From an uncultured Chloroflexia bacterium (GTDB lineage: Bacteria; Chloroflexota; Limnocylindria; Limnocylindrales; CSP1-4): a stretch of DNA of 64,000 nt. The notes beneath the pieces were generated by a model. That model saw nothing but the letters and a program-made list of their open reading frames with translations, made no database searches and was not told where the DNA came from. A program made the translations under genes and the position numbers. Positions 37,497 through 46,750 of this stretch are shown here, piece after piece (within the stretch, counting starts at the first letter, position 1; each line of letters begins with the position of its first letter). The stretch spans positions 12,164 to 76,163 of the forward strand of contig CAWKJP010000022.1 of the NCBI GenBank assembly GCA_963850035.1, given 5' to 3'.

Positions 37497-39961
37497 ATGC
37501 GCATGAGCGCACCCATCGACGCCGGAGCGCGGCGCCGGCGTCCCCGCGCCGCCGCGCGCGGCGGGATCAGCGCCGGTCGCGCCCTCACGGTCGAGGGCGT
37601 GGTCCAGGGCGTGGGGTTCCGGCCCTTCGTGTGGCGCCTCGCCACCGAGCTGGGCCTCTCCGGCCGGGTCCGCAACGCCGCGGGCCGGGTCGAGATCGAG
37701 GCCGCCGGCCCACCCGACGCGCTCGAGACGTTCGCCCGACGCCTCCGGACCGATGCCCCGCCCCGCGCCCGTGTGGAGCGCGTGGCCTGGACGGCGCTGG
37801 ACCCTGGCGCCGCGGCCGGCCTTCCCGCGACCTTCGCGATCGACGAGAGCGTGGACGCCGCCGCGGCGGACCGCCTCTTCCCGCCGGACATCGCCACGTG
37901 CGACGAGTGCCTCAACGAGCTCGCCGACCCGCGTGATCGGCGCTACCGGTACCCGTTCACCAACTGCACCAACTGCGGGCCGCGCGCGACGATCATCGAC
38001 GAGCTCCCGTACGACCGCGCGCGGACCACGATGCGCGACTTCCCCCTGTGCGCCGCCTGCGCGGCCGAGTACGCGGATCCCGCGAACCGCCGGTTCCACG
38101 CGGAGCCGGTGGCCTGCCCGAAGTGCGGGCCGCGGCTCGCCTACCGACGGACGGAAGCCGCGGCACCGGGTGCGCACGAGGAGGCGGCGCTGGCGGCCGC
38201 GGCCGCGGACCTGCGGGCCGGGCGCGTGGTCGCGGTCAAGGGTCTGGGCGGCTACCACCTCGCGTGCGACGCGACGGACGCCGCAGCGGTCGGCCGTCTG
38301 CGTGACCGGAAGCGGCGCTGGGCCAAGCCCTTCGCGATCATGGTCCGCGACCTCGATGCCGCCCGGGCGCTCTGTCACGTCACGGCGACCGAGGCGGCTC
38401 TCCTGACCGGACCGGCGCGGCCGATCGTGCTCCTCGTCGCGCGGCGGCGCGGCGCGCCTGCCCTGGCAGCGTCCGTGGCTGCCGGGAATCGCCGCCTCGG
38501 GATCTTCCTGCCGTACACGCCCCTCCATCACCTGCTCCTCGAAGTGGTGGGCCGGCCGCTGGTGCTCACGTCGGGGAACCTCACCGATGAGCCGCTGGCC
38601 ACCGACGACGCCGACGCCGCCGCGCGGCTCGCGGGCCTCGCGGATGCGTTCCTGACGCACGATCGCGAGATCCGCGCCCGCTACGACGACTCGGTCACCC
38701 GGGTCGTGGCCGGACGCGAATCGCTGGTCCGGCGGGCGCGGGGCCACGCTCCCGAGGCGATCCCGCTGCCGGTCGCGGCGGAGCGCCCGATCCTCGCTGT
38801 CGGGGCGGAGCTGAAGCACACCTTCACGCTTGCCCGAGGCGCGCGCGCCCACGTGGCGCCCCACAACGGCGATCTCGAGGACCTGGCCACTCATCGCGCC
38901 TTCACCGACGGCCTGGCGCACCTCTCCCGGCTGCTCGCGCTGGAACCGGAGGTCGTGGCGCACGACATCCACCCGGAGTACCTCTCCACGAAGTACGCCG
39001 TCGCCCGCTTCCCGGCGGATCGCCGGATCGCCGTGCAGCACCATCACGCGCACGTCGCATCGTGTGCAGCCGAGCACGGGATCACGTCGCCGTTCCTGGG
39101 GGTCGCCTACGACGGCCTCGGGATGGGCGACGACGGGACGCTGTGGGGCGGCGAGGTCTTCGTCGCGGACCTCGTCGGGTATCGCCGCGTGGCCCGCTTC
39201 GGGCGCGCGCCGCTGCCGGGCGGCGCGCTCGCGGTGCGACGGCCCTACCGGATGGCGCTCGGCTACCTGCTGGGCGCGGAGGCGCTCGGAACGGCGGACA
39301 GCGCCGGGATCGAGGATGCCCGAGGCCTCGAAGGAGACCTCGTCGGCCGGCTTCCTCGGGCGCCTGGACCCGCGCGAGGTGGGGATCGTCCGAACCCAGG
39401 TCGCGCGCGGCCTCAACGCCCCCGTGGCGTCGTCTGCCGGCCGGCTCTTCGACGCCGCCGCGAGCCTCCTCGGCCTGCGGGACGTCGCCGAGTACGAGGC
39501 GCAGGCCGCCATCGACCTGGAGATCGCTGCGGGCGATCGTGTGGCGGCGCCGCTGCCCTACGCGCTCGAGCGGGCCGGGGGGCTGCTCGTCTACGACCCG
39601 CGCCCGACGCTCGCCGCGCTGCTCGCCGGACGGGCCGCCGGCCGCACGACGGGGCCGCTCGCCGCGGCGTTCCACGAGACCATCGCGGAGCTGACCCGCG
39701 AGCTCTGCGCGGACGCCGCCGCGTTCGACCGGGATTCGCACGGTCTGCCTCTCGGGCGGCGTCTTCCAGAACCGCCGCCTTGCAGGTGCGCTGCTGCGGC
39801 GCCTGGCGCGCGACGGCTTCGAGGTCTTCATCAACCGCCGCGTCCCGGTGAACGACGGCGGAATCAGCTACGGTCAGGCGGCGATCGCCGCGGCGACCAT
39901 GGCGGCCCGGTCGGCCGCGTCTTCCGGCGTCCCAGCCGGCCGTGCACCAGGAGGGAACTAG
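37497..39961 (+). pseudogene. hypF: hypF [NiFe]-hydrogenase maturation carbamoyltransferase, reading frame interrupted twice (pseudogene or assembly indels)
   Basis: The acylphosphatase domain (VEGVVQGVGFRPFVWRLA), the Zn fingers (CDECLNEL...CTNCGPR; CAACAAEY...CPKCGPR) and the YrdC-like region read in the frame of 37497. NAPVASSAGRLFDAAASLLGL reads only in the +1 frame (~39352-39733). VCLSGGVFQNRRL...VPVNDGGISYGQAAIAA reads only in the +2 frame, ending at TAG 39959-39961. Confidence 0.85.
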
Positions 39962-39966
39962 CAGCC

Positions 39967-40317
39967 ATGTGTCTCGGGATCCCCGGCCGCGTCGTTGAGA
40001 TCCGCGACGACGGAGGCCTGCCCATGGGCAAGGTCGACTTCGGCGGGGTCCGCAAGGATGCCTGCCTTGCCTACATCCCCGAGGTGCAGCTCGGTGACTA
40101 CGTGATCATCCACGTCGGCTTCGCCATCTCGCGGGTCGACGAGGACGAGGCGCTCAAGACGCTCGAGATCCTGGCCCAGATGGGCGACCTGGTCCAGGCC
40201 GAGCTGGCCACGATGGGCCCCGGGATGGACGCGCCGGCGGTGGTCTCGGACGACGGGGCGCCGGTGACCGGCGCCTTTGCGACACCGGCGACGGGAGCGC
40301 GCGGAGGCACCGCGTGA
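39967..40317 (+). CDS. hypC: hydrogenase maturation chaperone HypC/HybG/HupF family
   Basis: N-terminus [12 protein letters not shown] with the essential Cys2. ...[12 protein letters not shown]. Carries a C-terminal extension. Confidence 0.9.
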   Translation: MCLGIPGRVVEIRDDGGLPMGKVDFGGVRKDACLAYIPEVQLGDYVIIHVGFAISRVDEDEALKTLEILAQMGDLVQAELATMGPGMDAPAVVSDDGAPVTGAFATPATGARGGTA

Positions 40318-41495
40318 AGTACCTCGACGAGTATCGCGACCCCGTCCTCGCCCGCAAGCTGATCGCGGAGATCCACCGGATCACGACGCGGCCGTGGACG
40401 CTCATGGAGGTCTGCGGCGGCCAGACCCACACGATCGTCAAGCAGGGGATCGACGAGGCGCTTCCCGACGGCGTGCGGATGATCCACGGCCCGGGCTGCC
40501 CGGTCTGCGTCACGCCGCTCGAGCAGATCGACAAGGCGCTCGCGATCGCCGCCCGTCCGGACGTCATCTTCACAAGCTACGGCGACATGCTGCGGGTTCC
40601 GGGGTCCTCGACGGACCTGCTGGCCCTCAAGGCTCGGGGCGCCGACGTCCGCATCGTCTACTCGCCGCTCGACGCGCTCAAGATCGCGACCGCCAACCCG
40701 GACAAGCAGGTCGTCTTCTTCGCGGTCGGCTTCGAGACGACGGCCCCGGCCAACGCGACCGCCGTCGCGGAGGCGGCGCGGCGCGGGATCGACAACTTCA
40801 GCGTGCTCGTCTCGCACGTGCTCGTTCCGCCGGCGATGGTGGCGCTCCTCGAGTCGCCCGCCAACCAGGTCCAGTCGTTCCTTGCGGCGGGCCATGTCTG
40901 CGCGGTCATGGGCTGGACCGAGTACGAGCCGATCGCGGCCAAGTACCGCGTTCCCATCGTGGTCACGGGGTTCGAGCCGCTCGACCTCCTCGAGGGGATC
41001 CTGATGGCGATCCGCCAGCTCGAGGAAGGCCGCCACGAGGTGGAGAACCAGTACGCGCGCGCCGTCAGGCGCGACGGGGTGCCCCTCGCCCAGCAGCAGA
41101 TCTTCGAGGTCTTCGAGGTGGGCGTCCGGAAGTGGCGCGGGATCGGGGAGATCCCGGCATCCGGGTACCGGCTGCGCCCGAAGTACGCCCGCTTCGACGC
41201 CGAAGGGCGCTTCGCCGTGGGCGACATCCACACGCAGGAGCATCCCGCCTGCATCGCGGGCGCGATCCTCACCGGTGAGAAGACGCCGCTCGACTGCACG
41301 GCGTACGGGACGCTGTGCAACCCGCAGAAGCCCCTCGGCGCGCCGATGGTGAGCTCCGAGGGAACCTGCGCAGCCTTCTTCTCGGCGGGCCGCGGGCTCG
41401 GCGGCCTCCGGACGCTCACGCCGGCGATGCCGCTGGTCCAGGTCGCTCCCATCGTGCCGGCTCCCGCGCCCGCTGCGGTCAGGGCCTCCCGATGA
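40314..41495 (+). CDS. hypD: hydrogenase maturation protein HypD
   Basis: [10 protein letters not shown]..., [23 protein letters not shown] start overlaps the hypC stop (GTGA). Confidence 0.92.
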   Translation: MKYLDEYRDPVLARKLIAEIHRITTRPWTLMEVCGGQTHTIVKQGIDEALPDGVRMIHGPGCPVCVTPLEQIDKALAIAARPDVIFTSYGDMLRVPGSSTDLLALKARGADVRIVYSPLDALKIATANPDKQVVFFAVGFETTAPANATAVAEAARRGIDNFSVLVSHVLVPPAMVALLESPANQVQSFLAAGHVCAVMGWTEYEPIAAKYRVPIVVTGFEPLDLLEGILMAIRQLEEGRHEVENQYARAVRRDGVPLAQQQIFEVFEVGVRKWRGIGEIPASGYRLRPKYARFDAEGRFAVGDIHTQEHPACIAGAILTGEKTPLDCTAYGTLCNPQKPLGAPMVSSEGTCAAFFSAGRGLGGLRTLTPAMPLVQVAPIVPAPAPAAVRASR

Positions 41496-42667
41496 GCGGG
41501 GCGCGCGACCTCGCCGGCACCGGGTCCACGGAGATGCCGTCCGCAGAGGCACCGTCCGGAGACGCACCGTCCGGAGACGCACCGTCCACGGAGTTGCTGG
41601 TCCCGGCCGCCGTGTTCTTCGACGCGGACGGCGTGGCCTGCCCCGCGCCGATTCCCGAGGTCCAGCGCGTCATCCTGGGCCACGGCTCCGGTGGCCAGCT
41701 CTCGGCGGCGCTCATGCGCGACGTGATCGGCCCGGCGCTCGCGGTCGCGGCACCGGGCGGCCCGCTCAACGACGCCGCGGTCGTCGAGATCGCCGGTGCG
41801 CGGCTCGCATTCACCACCGATTCCTACGTTGTGAGCCCCATCGCGTTCCCAGGCGGGGACATCGGGGAGATGGCCGTGAACGGAACGATCAACAACCTCG
41901 CGATGATGGGCGCACAGCCAGCCGCCATCTCGCTCGCCTACGTGATCGAGGAAGGCCTGCCGTTCGAGGAGCTCCGGGCGATCACCGCATCCGCGGCGCG
42001 CGCGGCCGTGAAGGCGGGGGCGCGGATCGTCACCGGCGACACGAAGGTCGTCGGGCGCGGCGCCGCGGACCGGCTCTTCGTGAACACGGCCGGGATCGGG
42101 CTCATCCCGGACGGCGTCGCCCCTGCCGCGGACCGGGCGGCGGTCGGCGACGCGATCATCCTCTCCGGCCCCATCGGCCTCCACGGCGTCGCGATCATGA
42201 GCGTCCGTGAGGGCCTCGAGTTCGAGGTCGAGATCGCGTCCGACACCCAGGCGCTCAACGGACTCGTGGCGGCCATCCTGGGGGCCTGCCCGGACGTCCA
42301 CGTGCTTCGCGATCCGACGCGCGGGGGCCTGTCATCGGCGCTCAACGAGATCGCGGCGACGTCGGGCGTCGGGATGGTGCTCGACGAGCCCGCGATTCCG
42401 ATCCCGGGCCCGGTGCGGGCCGCCTGCGAGATGCTGGGCCTCGACCCGCTCCACGTCGCGAACGAAGGGAAGCTCGTGGCGCTCGTGCCCGCACCGTTCG
42501 CGGAGCCGGTTCTCGCCGCGATGCGGTCGATGCCGGAAGGGGCCGACGCTGCCGTGATCGGGACCGTCACTGCTGACCACCCGGCGATGGTCACCATCCG
42601 CACGATCGTCGGGAGCGAGCGGATCGTGGACATGCTGGTCGGGGAGCAGCTGCCCCGGATCTGCTGA
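41492..42667 (+). CDS. hypE: hydrogenase maturation protein HypE
   Basis: ILGHGSGG..., AIR-synthase-like fold motifs, canonical C-terminus ...[11 protein letters not shown] overlaps the hypD stop (ATGA). N-terminal APSGD repeats. Confidence 0.9.
   Translation: MSGARDLAGTGSTEMPSAEAPSGDAPSGDAPSTELLVPAAVFFDADGVACPAPIPEVQRVILGHGSGGQLSAALMRDVIGPALAVAAPGGPLNDAAVVEIAGARLAFTTDSYVVSPIAFPGGDIGEMAVNGTINNLAMMGAQPAAISLAYVIEEGLPFEELRAITASAARAAVKAGARIVTGDTKVVGRGAADRLFVNTAGIGLIPDGVAPAADRAAVGDAIILSGPIGLHGVAIMSVREGLEFEVEIASDTQALNGLVAAILGACPDVHVLRDPTRGGLSSALNEIAATSGVGMVLDEPAIPIPGPVRAACEMLGLDPLHVANEGKLVALVPAPFAEPVLAAMRSMPEGADAAVIGTVTADHPAMVTIRTIVGSERIVDMLVGEQLPRIC
41537..41587 (+). repeat. 15-bp in-frame tandem repeat (about 3.4 copies) in the hypE 5' region, encoding [10 protein letters not shown] repeats
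   Basis: CCGTCCGCAGAGGCA / CCGTCCGGAGACGCA / CCGTCCGGAGACGCA / CCGTCC. Confidence 0.85.
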
Positions 42668-42800
42668 CGCCTCGGCACCGATCCGGCCGCCCGCGCGATC
42701 GGCTCCCTGATCGCTCGCAGCCCCGATTGCGTGGCCGCGCGTTCCGATGCACAGTGGTCGGGTCGCCCGCGGGCAGCGCGCGGGCACGCTCAGGGGACCC

Positions 42801-43091
42801 ATGAGCTTGTTCGGGGCCGTGCGCCTGTTCGTCGTCATGTGGTCGCGGCCGCCCGCGCACCCGTGCGCGCCCACCCGAACCGAGCCCCCGCCGGACGTGG
42901 CGCGCGGCGCCTGGGCAAGGTGGGCATGCGCGAACCACGGCGCAATGCCGCGCCGCAGCGTCGGACCGCGCGGCATCGGAGCGCACGGCGTCGGGCTGGG
43001 GGATGCCTGCCGCACGAGCGTGGGTCGGGACGGCCGGTTCGTCGAGATCGTCGAGGGCGACCGGCGGATGCTGATCTGCCAGGAGGCCTGA
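42801..43091 (+). CDS. candidate orphan small ORF (96 aa, Cys-containing), unverified
   Basis: In-frame part of ORF 42747..43091. By my count about 90% of codons end in G/C, which suggests coding in this genome. No motif recognised and no clear RBS. Confidence 0.25.
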   Translation: MSLFGAVRLFVVMWSRPPAHPCAPTRTEPPPDVARGAWARWACANHGAMPRRSVGPRGIGAHGVGLGDACRTSVGRDGRFVEIVEGDRRMLICQEA

Positions 43092-43235
43092 CCGCAGGGG
43101 CCTGGAACCGCCGGGGCGTGATCGGAGGGCATCGACTTGACGGGCCCTGACCCCGGCACAGGCGCGGAATCACCCCCTGCCGAACGGCTTCCGACCCCCT
43201 GCCGGTCGGTCCCGGGAAGGTGCCATCGGTACCTT

Positions 43236-43251
43236 ATGCGCAGATGCGCAT
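43236..43251. promoter_or_regulatory. 16-bp perfect inverted repeat ATGCGCA-GA-TGCGCAT, candidate ArsR-family operator
   Basis: Lies immediately upstream of the arsR-like start (43254) and directly after a TANNNT-type hexamer TACCTT (43230-43235). Confidence 0.5.
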
Positions 43252-43253
43252 GG

Positions 43254-43634
43254 ATGGATGATCCCCGCATGGACCCGATCTGGAGCCTCCAATCGGAGGT
43301 CATGAAGATCCTCGCAAGCCCCCGCCGGCTCGAGATCCTCCACCTCCTCGCCGACGAGCCGAAGGAAGTCGGCCGCCTGGCAGACGAGATGGGGATCAGC
43401 CAGCCGAACGTCTCCCAGCACCTCGCAGTGATGCGGGCGGCCGGGATCGTGGAGGCCGAACGCGACGGACGGGAGGTCAGGTATCGGCTCACCGATCCGG
43501 ACGTCCTCGCCGCGTGCAGCCTCATGCGCGGGGTCCTGATGCGCCGTCTCGCCCGCCTTGGCGAGCTCTCCGAACGGCCCCAGCCGACCAGCGAACCTGC
43601 GCTTGCCGCCGCCTCGCAAGCCGGCATCGGCTGA
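43254..43634 (+). CDS. ArsR/SmtB-family transcriptional regulator
   Basis: KILASPRRLEILHLLADEPKEVGRLADEMGISQPNVSQHLAVMRAAGIV (wHTH). Start uncertain (43254 or 43269). Confidence 0.85.
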   Translation: MDDPRMDPIWSLQSEVMKILASPRRLEILHLLADEPKEVGRLADEMGISQPNVSQHLAVMRAAGIVEAERDGREVRYRLTDPDVLAACSLMRGVLMRRLARLGELSERPQPTSEPALAAASQAGIG

Positions 43635-43644
43635 GGTGACGTCG

Positions 43645-44058
43645 ATGGACGAACCGATCAACCTGGTGCTCTTCTCGGGCACCGACGACAAGCTCCAGGC
43701 CGCCGCGGTGATGACCGCCGGCGCCGCCGCCCTCGGTCGCCGGGTCAACATCTTCCTGCAGTACTGGGCGCTGGACGCGTTCCGCAAGGACCGGATCACG
43801 GCCGGTCGCGGGCTCAGCGCCGAAGCCGGCGAGGCGGGCGCGGCCCTCGTCGCAGCCGCCGCCAAGGCGGGCCAGGCGCCGTGGCACGAGACCCTGCGCC
43901 AGGCGAAGGAGCTCGGCGAGGTCGACATCCAGGCGTGCTCGCTCTCGATGGACGTCCTCAAGATCGAGGAGAACAACCTCGATCCGCTCGTCGACGGGGT
44001 GGAGGGCGTGACGGCCTTCTACATCAACGCGGGCGACGGTCACATCGTCTTCATCTAG
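43645..44058 (+). CDS. DsrE/DsrF-like (DrsE_2-type) sulfur-relay family protein
   Basis: INLVLFSGTDDKLQAAAVMTAGAAALG.RVNIFLQYWAL...IQACSLSMDV...FI. GAGGTGA RBS. Confidence 0.7.
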   Translation: MDEPINLVLFSGTDDKLQAAAVMTAGAAALGRRVNIFLQYWALDAFRKDRITAGRGLSAEAGEAGAALVAAAAKAGQAPWHETLRQAKELGEVDIQACSLSMDVLKIEENNLDPLVDGVEGVTAFYINAGDGHIVFI

Positions 44059-44117
44059 TCAAGCCAGCGGCGCATCGGGCAGCGTCCCGGCCGCCGACGT
44101 ACAGGAAGGGTTCAGGA

Positions 44118-44351
44118 ATGCCTCTCGAGATCGCAGCGCAGGTCGATGCAAAGGGCCTCTCGTGCCCGATGCCGATCGTCAAGACGGCCCAGGCCGTCAA
44201 GGGTCTCGCCAGCGGCCAGCTCCTCGAGGTGCTCGCGACCGACGCGGGCTCCACGAAGGACTTCGCCGCCTGGTGCAAGACCACGGGGAACGAGCTCGTC
44301 GAGAGCAGCGTCGAGGGCGGCGTCTATCGCTTCGTCCTTCGCCGGAAGTGA
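44118..44351 (+). CDS. tusA: TusA/SirA-like sulfurtransferase
   Basis: DAKGLSCPMPIVKTAQAVKGL (CPxP motif), 77 aa. Confidence 0.85.
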   Translation: MPLEIAAQVDAKGLSCPMPIVKTAQAVKGLASGQLLEVLATDAGSTKDFAAWCKTTGNELVESSVEGGVYRFVLRRK

Positions 44352-44362
44352 GGAACGATCCG

Positions 44363-44929
44363 ATGACCGCAGTTGCCGAGCCCGCCATGCCAACGTTCGA
44401 CATGCCGATCCCGAACCCCGCGCCCGCCGTGCCCGATCACGAGCACGAGGCGAAGCCGCACGACATCCTCATCATCTGCTACAGCGGAGAGCTCGAGAAG
44501 ACCTGGGCCACGATGATCCTGGCCACGACCGGCGCCGCGATGGGCGCCAAAGTGCGGGTCTTCCTGACTTTCTGGGGCCTCCAGACGTTCGTCAAGGACC
44601 AGAAGCGCATCACCGGCGACAACGTCATGCAGAAGATGATGTCCGCCATGCAGCGGCCGGGCGTCTCCCACCGCAAGTTGTCCAAGATGAACTTCCTGGG
44701 CATGGGCCCCTGGATGATGGGCAAGCTCGCCAAGCAGTACAAGGTCGCCAGCCCGAAGGAGCTGCTCGAGCTCGCCATGGAGATGGGCGTCGAGTTCATG
44801 CCCTGCCAGATGACCATGGACATGTTCGGCCTCAAGCGCGAGGACATGCTCGATGGCATGGGCGAGCCGGTTGGCGCCGCGACGGTGATCGCGCTCATGA
44901 CCGAGGGCAGCGCGCCGCTCTTCATCTGA
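44363..44929 (+). CDS. DsrE/DsrF-like (DrsE_2-type) sulfur-relay family protein, longer paralogue
   Basis: ILIICYSGELEKTWATMILATTGAAMG.KVRVFLTFWGL...FMPCQMTMDMF...LFI. Same motif order as 43645..44058. Confidence 0.7.
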   Translation: MTAVAEPAMPTFDMPIPNPAPAVPDHEHEAKPHDILIICYSGELEKTWATMILATTGAAMGAKVRVFLTFWGLQTFVKDQKRITGDNVMQKMMSAMQRPGVSHRKLSKMNFLGMGPWMMGKLAKQYKVASPKELLELAMEMGVEFMPCQMTMDMFGLKREDMLDGMGEPVGAATVIALMTEGSAPLFI

Positions 44930-44994
44930 TCTGACCCGGGGGCGCGGTTCGGGCACGGCCGCGCCCCAAACCCCTCCGCGCCCACATCGCCTGC

Positions 44995-45252
44995 ATGGAA
45001 GGAACGGATCCCAGCATGGCTGCGACCATCACCCGAACCGTCGACGCCCGCGGCAGCTTCTGCCCGGGCCCGCTCATGGAGCTCATCCGCGCGATCAAGG
45101 AGTCCGACATCGGCGAGACGATCGCCGTCTGGTCGGCCGACAAGGGCAGCAAGATCGACATCCCGAAGTGGATCGAGAAGGCCGGCCATACGCTCGTGAG
45201 CGTCGAGTCGAAGGACGGCTTCGACGAGATCGTCGTCACGAAGGCCCGATAG
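44995..45252 (+). CDS. TusA/SirA-like sulfurtransferase, second copy
   Basis: DARGSFCPGPLMELIRAIKE (CPxP motif), 85 aa. Confidence 0.8.
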   Translation: MEGTDPSMAATITRTVDARGSFCPGPLMELIRAIKESDIGETIAVWSADKGSKIDIPKWIEKAGHTLVSVESKDGFDEIVVTKAR

Positions 45253-45257
45253 GCACC

Positions 45258-46451
45258 ATGCAGCGCGTCGTCATCCTGGGCGGCGGCGTCGGGGGAACCC
45301 TCGCCGCGAACCTCATCGCCCGGAAGCTCAAGCGCCTCATCGCCGCGGGCGACGCGAAGGTCACCGTCGTCGACGAGACCGGGCAGCACGCGTATCAGCC
45401 CGGCTACATGTACATCGCCATGGGACACGAGCGACCGGAGAGGCTCCACCGACCGGAACGCTCGCTCCTCGATGCGAACGTCGACCTCGTGGTCGACACT
45501 GTCGTGCGGATCGACCCGGAGACGTCGCTCGTCGAGCTGGGATCGGGCGGGAAGGTCCACTTCGACCAGCTCGTCATCGCGACCGGCTCGCGGATCCTGC
45601 CGGAGACGATCAAGGACTTCGCGACCGAGGCGTACCACTTCTACACGGCCGAGGCCTCGGCCCGGCTGCGGAAGGCCCTCGATGCGTTCACGGGCGGCAA
45701 GCTCGTGATCGGGATCGCCGGCATCCCCTACAAGTGCCCGCCGGCTCCGCTCGAGGTGGCCTTCCTGGTCGAGGCGGAGCTCCGCGCCCGCGGCCTCCGC
45801 GAGAAGACCCAGCTGACCTTCCTCTCGCCGATCAACCGCGCGTTCACCATCGAGAGCGTCAGCGACATGGCCACCCCGATCTTCGCGGAGAAGGGGATCG
45901 ACCTCCAGCTCCTCGCGGGCGTGGACTCCATCGACGCCGAGCGCAAGGTCGTGATCACGGACGCGATGGAGGAGTACCCCTACGACCTCCTGATCTGCGT
46001 GCCGCCGCACAAGGGCGCCCAGGTGGTGATCGACTCCGGCCTCGCCCCGAAGTCGGGCTGGCTCCCGACCGACCGGAGCACGCTCCAGGTCAAGCACCTG
46101 GTGGCATCGAACACGCCCGACGCCGAGATCCCGCGCTACCCGAACATCTATGCCCTCGGCGACGCCACGGACCTGCCGCTCTCGAAGGCCGGCTCGACGG
46201 CCCATTTCGAGGCTCCGGTCGTCGCCGAGCGCGTGAGCGCCCGCGTCATGGGCCGAGAGCCCGAGGGCAAGGACGCCGCGTACACCGGCAAGGTGATGTG
46301 CTTCTTCGAGGTCGGGGACGGCAAGGGCACGCTGCTCCAGTTCGACTACGACCACCCGCCGAAGCCGCCCAAGCCGAACCAGCTGTGGCACCTGGGCAAG
46401 ATCATCTTCAACAAGACCTATTGGCACACCGTCCCGAAGGGCCGCGTCTGA
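45258..46451 (+). CDS. sqr: sulfide:quinone oxidoreductase-like FAD-dependent pyridine nucleotide-disulfide oxidoreductase
   Basis: VVILGGGVGGTLAAN (FAD fold), GIPYKCPPAPLE, YALGDATDLPLSKAGSTAHFE. Confidence 0.75.
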   Translation: MQRVVILGGGVGGTLAANLIARKLKRLIAAGDAKVTVVDETGQHAYQPGYMYIAMGHERPERLHRPERSLLDANVDLVVDTVVRIDPETSLVELGSGGKVHFDQLVIATGSRILPETIKDFATEAYHFYTAEASARLRKALDAFTGGKLVIGIAGIPYKCPPAPLEVAFLVEAELRARGLREKTQLTFLSPINRAFTIESVSDMATPIFAEKGIDLQLLAGVDSIDAERKVVITDAMEEYPYDLLICVPPHKGAQVVIDSGLAPKSGWLPTDRSTLQVKHLVASNTPDAEIPRYPNIYALGDATDLPLSKAGSTAHFEAPVVAERVSARVMGREPEGKDAAYTGKVMCFFEVGDGKGTLLQFDYDHPPKPPKPNQLWHLGKIIFNKTYWHTVPKGRV

Positions 46452-46534
46452 CCCCGCAGCGTCGCGGGGAGATGCCGACGAGCGCACGGCACACGCCCGG
46501 GATGGCCCACCCTTCCGGCTGATCCGGGCATGAA

Positions 46535-46570
46535 ACGGCCGGGCTGACAGACCGATGTCGGCCCGGCCGT
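46535..46570 (+). terminator. candidate terminator hairpin downstream of sqr
   Basis: Perfect 10-bp stem ACGGCCGGGC / GCCCGGCCGT with a 16-nt loop, 84 nt after the sqr stop. Followed by GCTCGTTCCCGT (weak U-tract). Confidence 0.35.
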
Positions 46571-46648
46571 GCTCGTTCCCGTCCCGGCGCGGTCGGCACG
46601 TGGGAGGGGCCTGACCGATGCGACGCCGGGTCCGCCCGCGTCCCCGCC

Positions 46649-46723
46649 CGGCCCGCTGGCCGTCCGGCCCGCTGGCCGCTCGGCCCGTTGGCCGCAGCCC
46701 GCTGGCCACTCGGCCCGCCGGCG
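46649..46723. repeat. intergenic tandem repeat, about 4.7 copies of a 15-16-bp unit (consensus CGGCCCGCTGGCCGY)
   Basis: CGGCCCGCTGGCCGTC / CGGCCCGCTGGCCGCT / CGGCCCGTTGGCCGCAG / CCCGCTGGCCACT / CGGCCCGCCGGCG. Ends 15 bp upstream of the TACAAT at 46738. Confidence 0.85.
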
Positions 46724-46737
46724 TTCGAGGCCACTCC

Positions 46738-46743
46738 TACAAT
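46738..46743 (+). promoter_or_regulatory. candidate -10 hexamer of a leaderless promoter (TACAAT-N7-ATG, aminotransferase)
   Basis: Near-consensus TACAAT 7 nt upstream of ATG 46751. The tandem repeat array lies immediately upstream. Confidence 0.5.
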
Positions 46744-46750
46744 GGCGGGC

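Noticed and set aside
39339-39745. Programmed ribosomal frameshifting as an explanation for the hypF frame changes.
   Set aside because: No slippery heptamer or obvious stimulatory structure lies at either junction. Two successive +1 events in one gene would be unprecedented for HypF. Indels (real or artefactual) are far more parsimonious.
42747-42800. The upstream extension of the orphan ORF to ATG 42747 given in the ORF track.
   Set aside because: The added segment (MHSGRVARGQRAGTLRGP) is Arg/Gly-rich with no support. Even the shorter 42801 version is only a low-confidence candidate.
20546-43251. Recurring ATGCGCA heptamer as a shared regulon motif. It occurs in the multicopper oxidase/kinase intergenic region at 20546, at the hypF start at 37497 and in the arsR operator at 43236, plus several intragenic copies.
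   Set aside because: A rough expectation from base composition gives several chance occurrences in 64 kb on both strands, and about half of the copies are inside coding sequence. Only the perfect 7-2-7 inverted repeat at 43236-43251 is retained.
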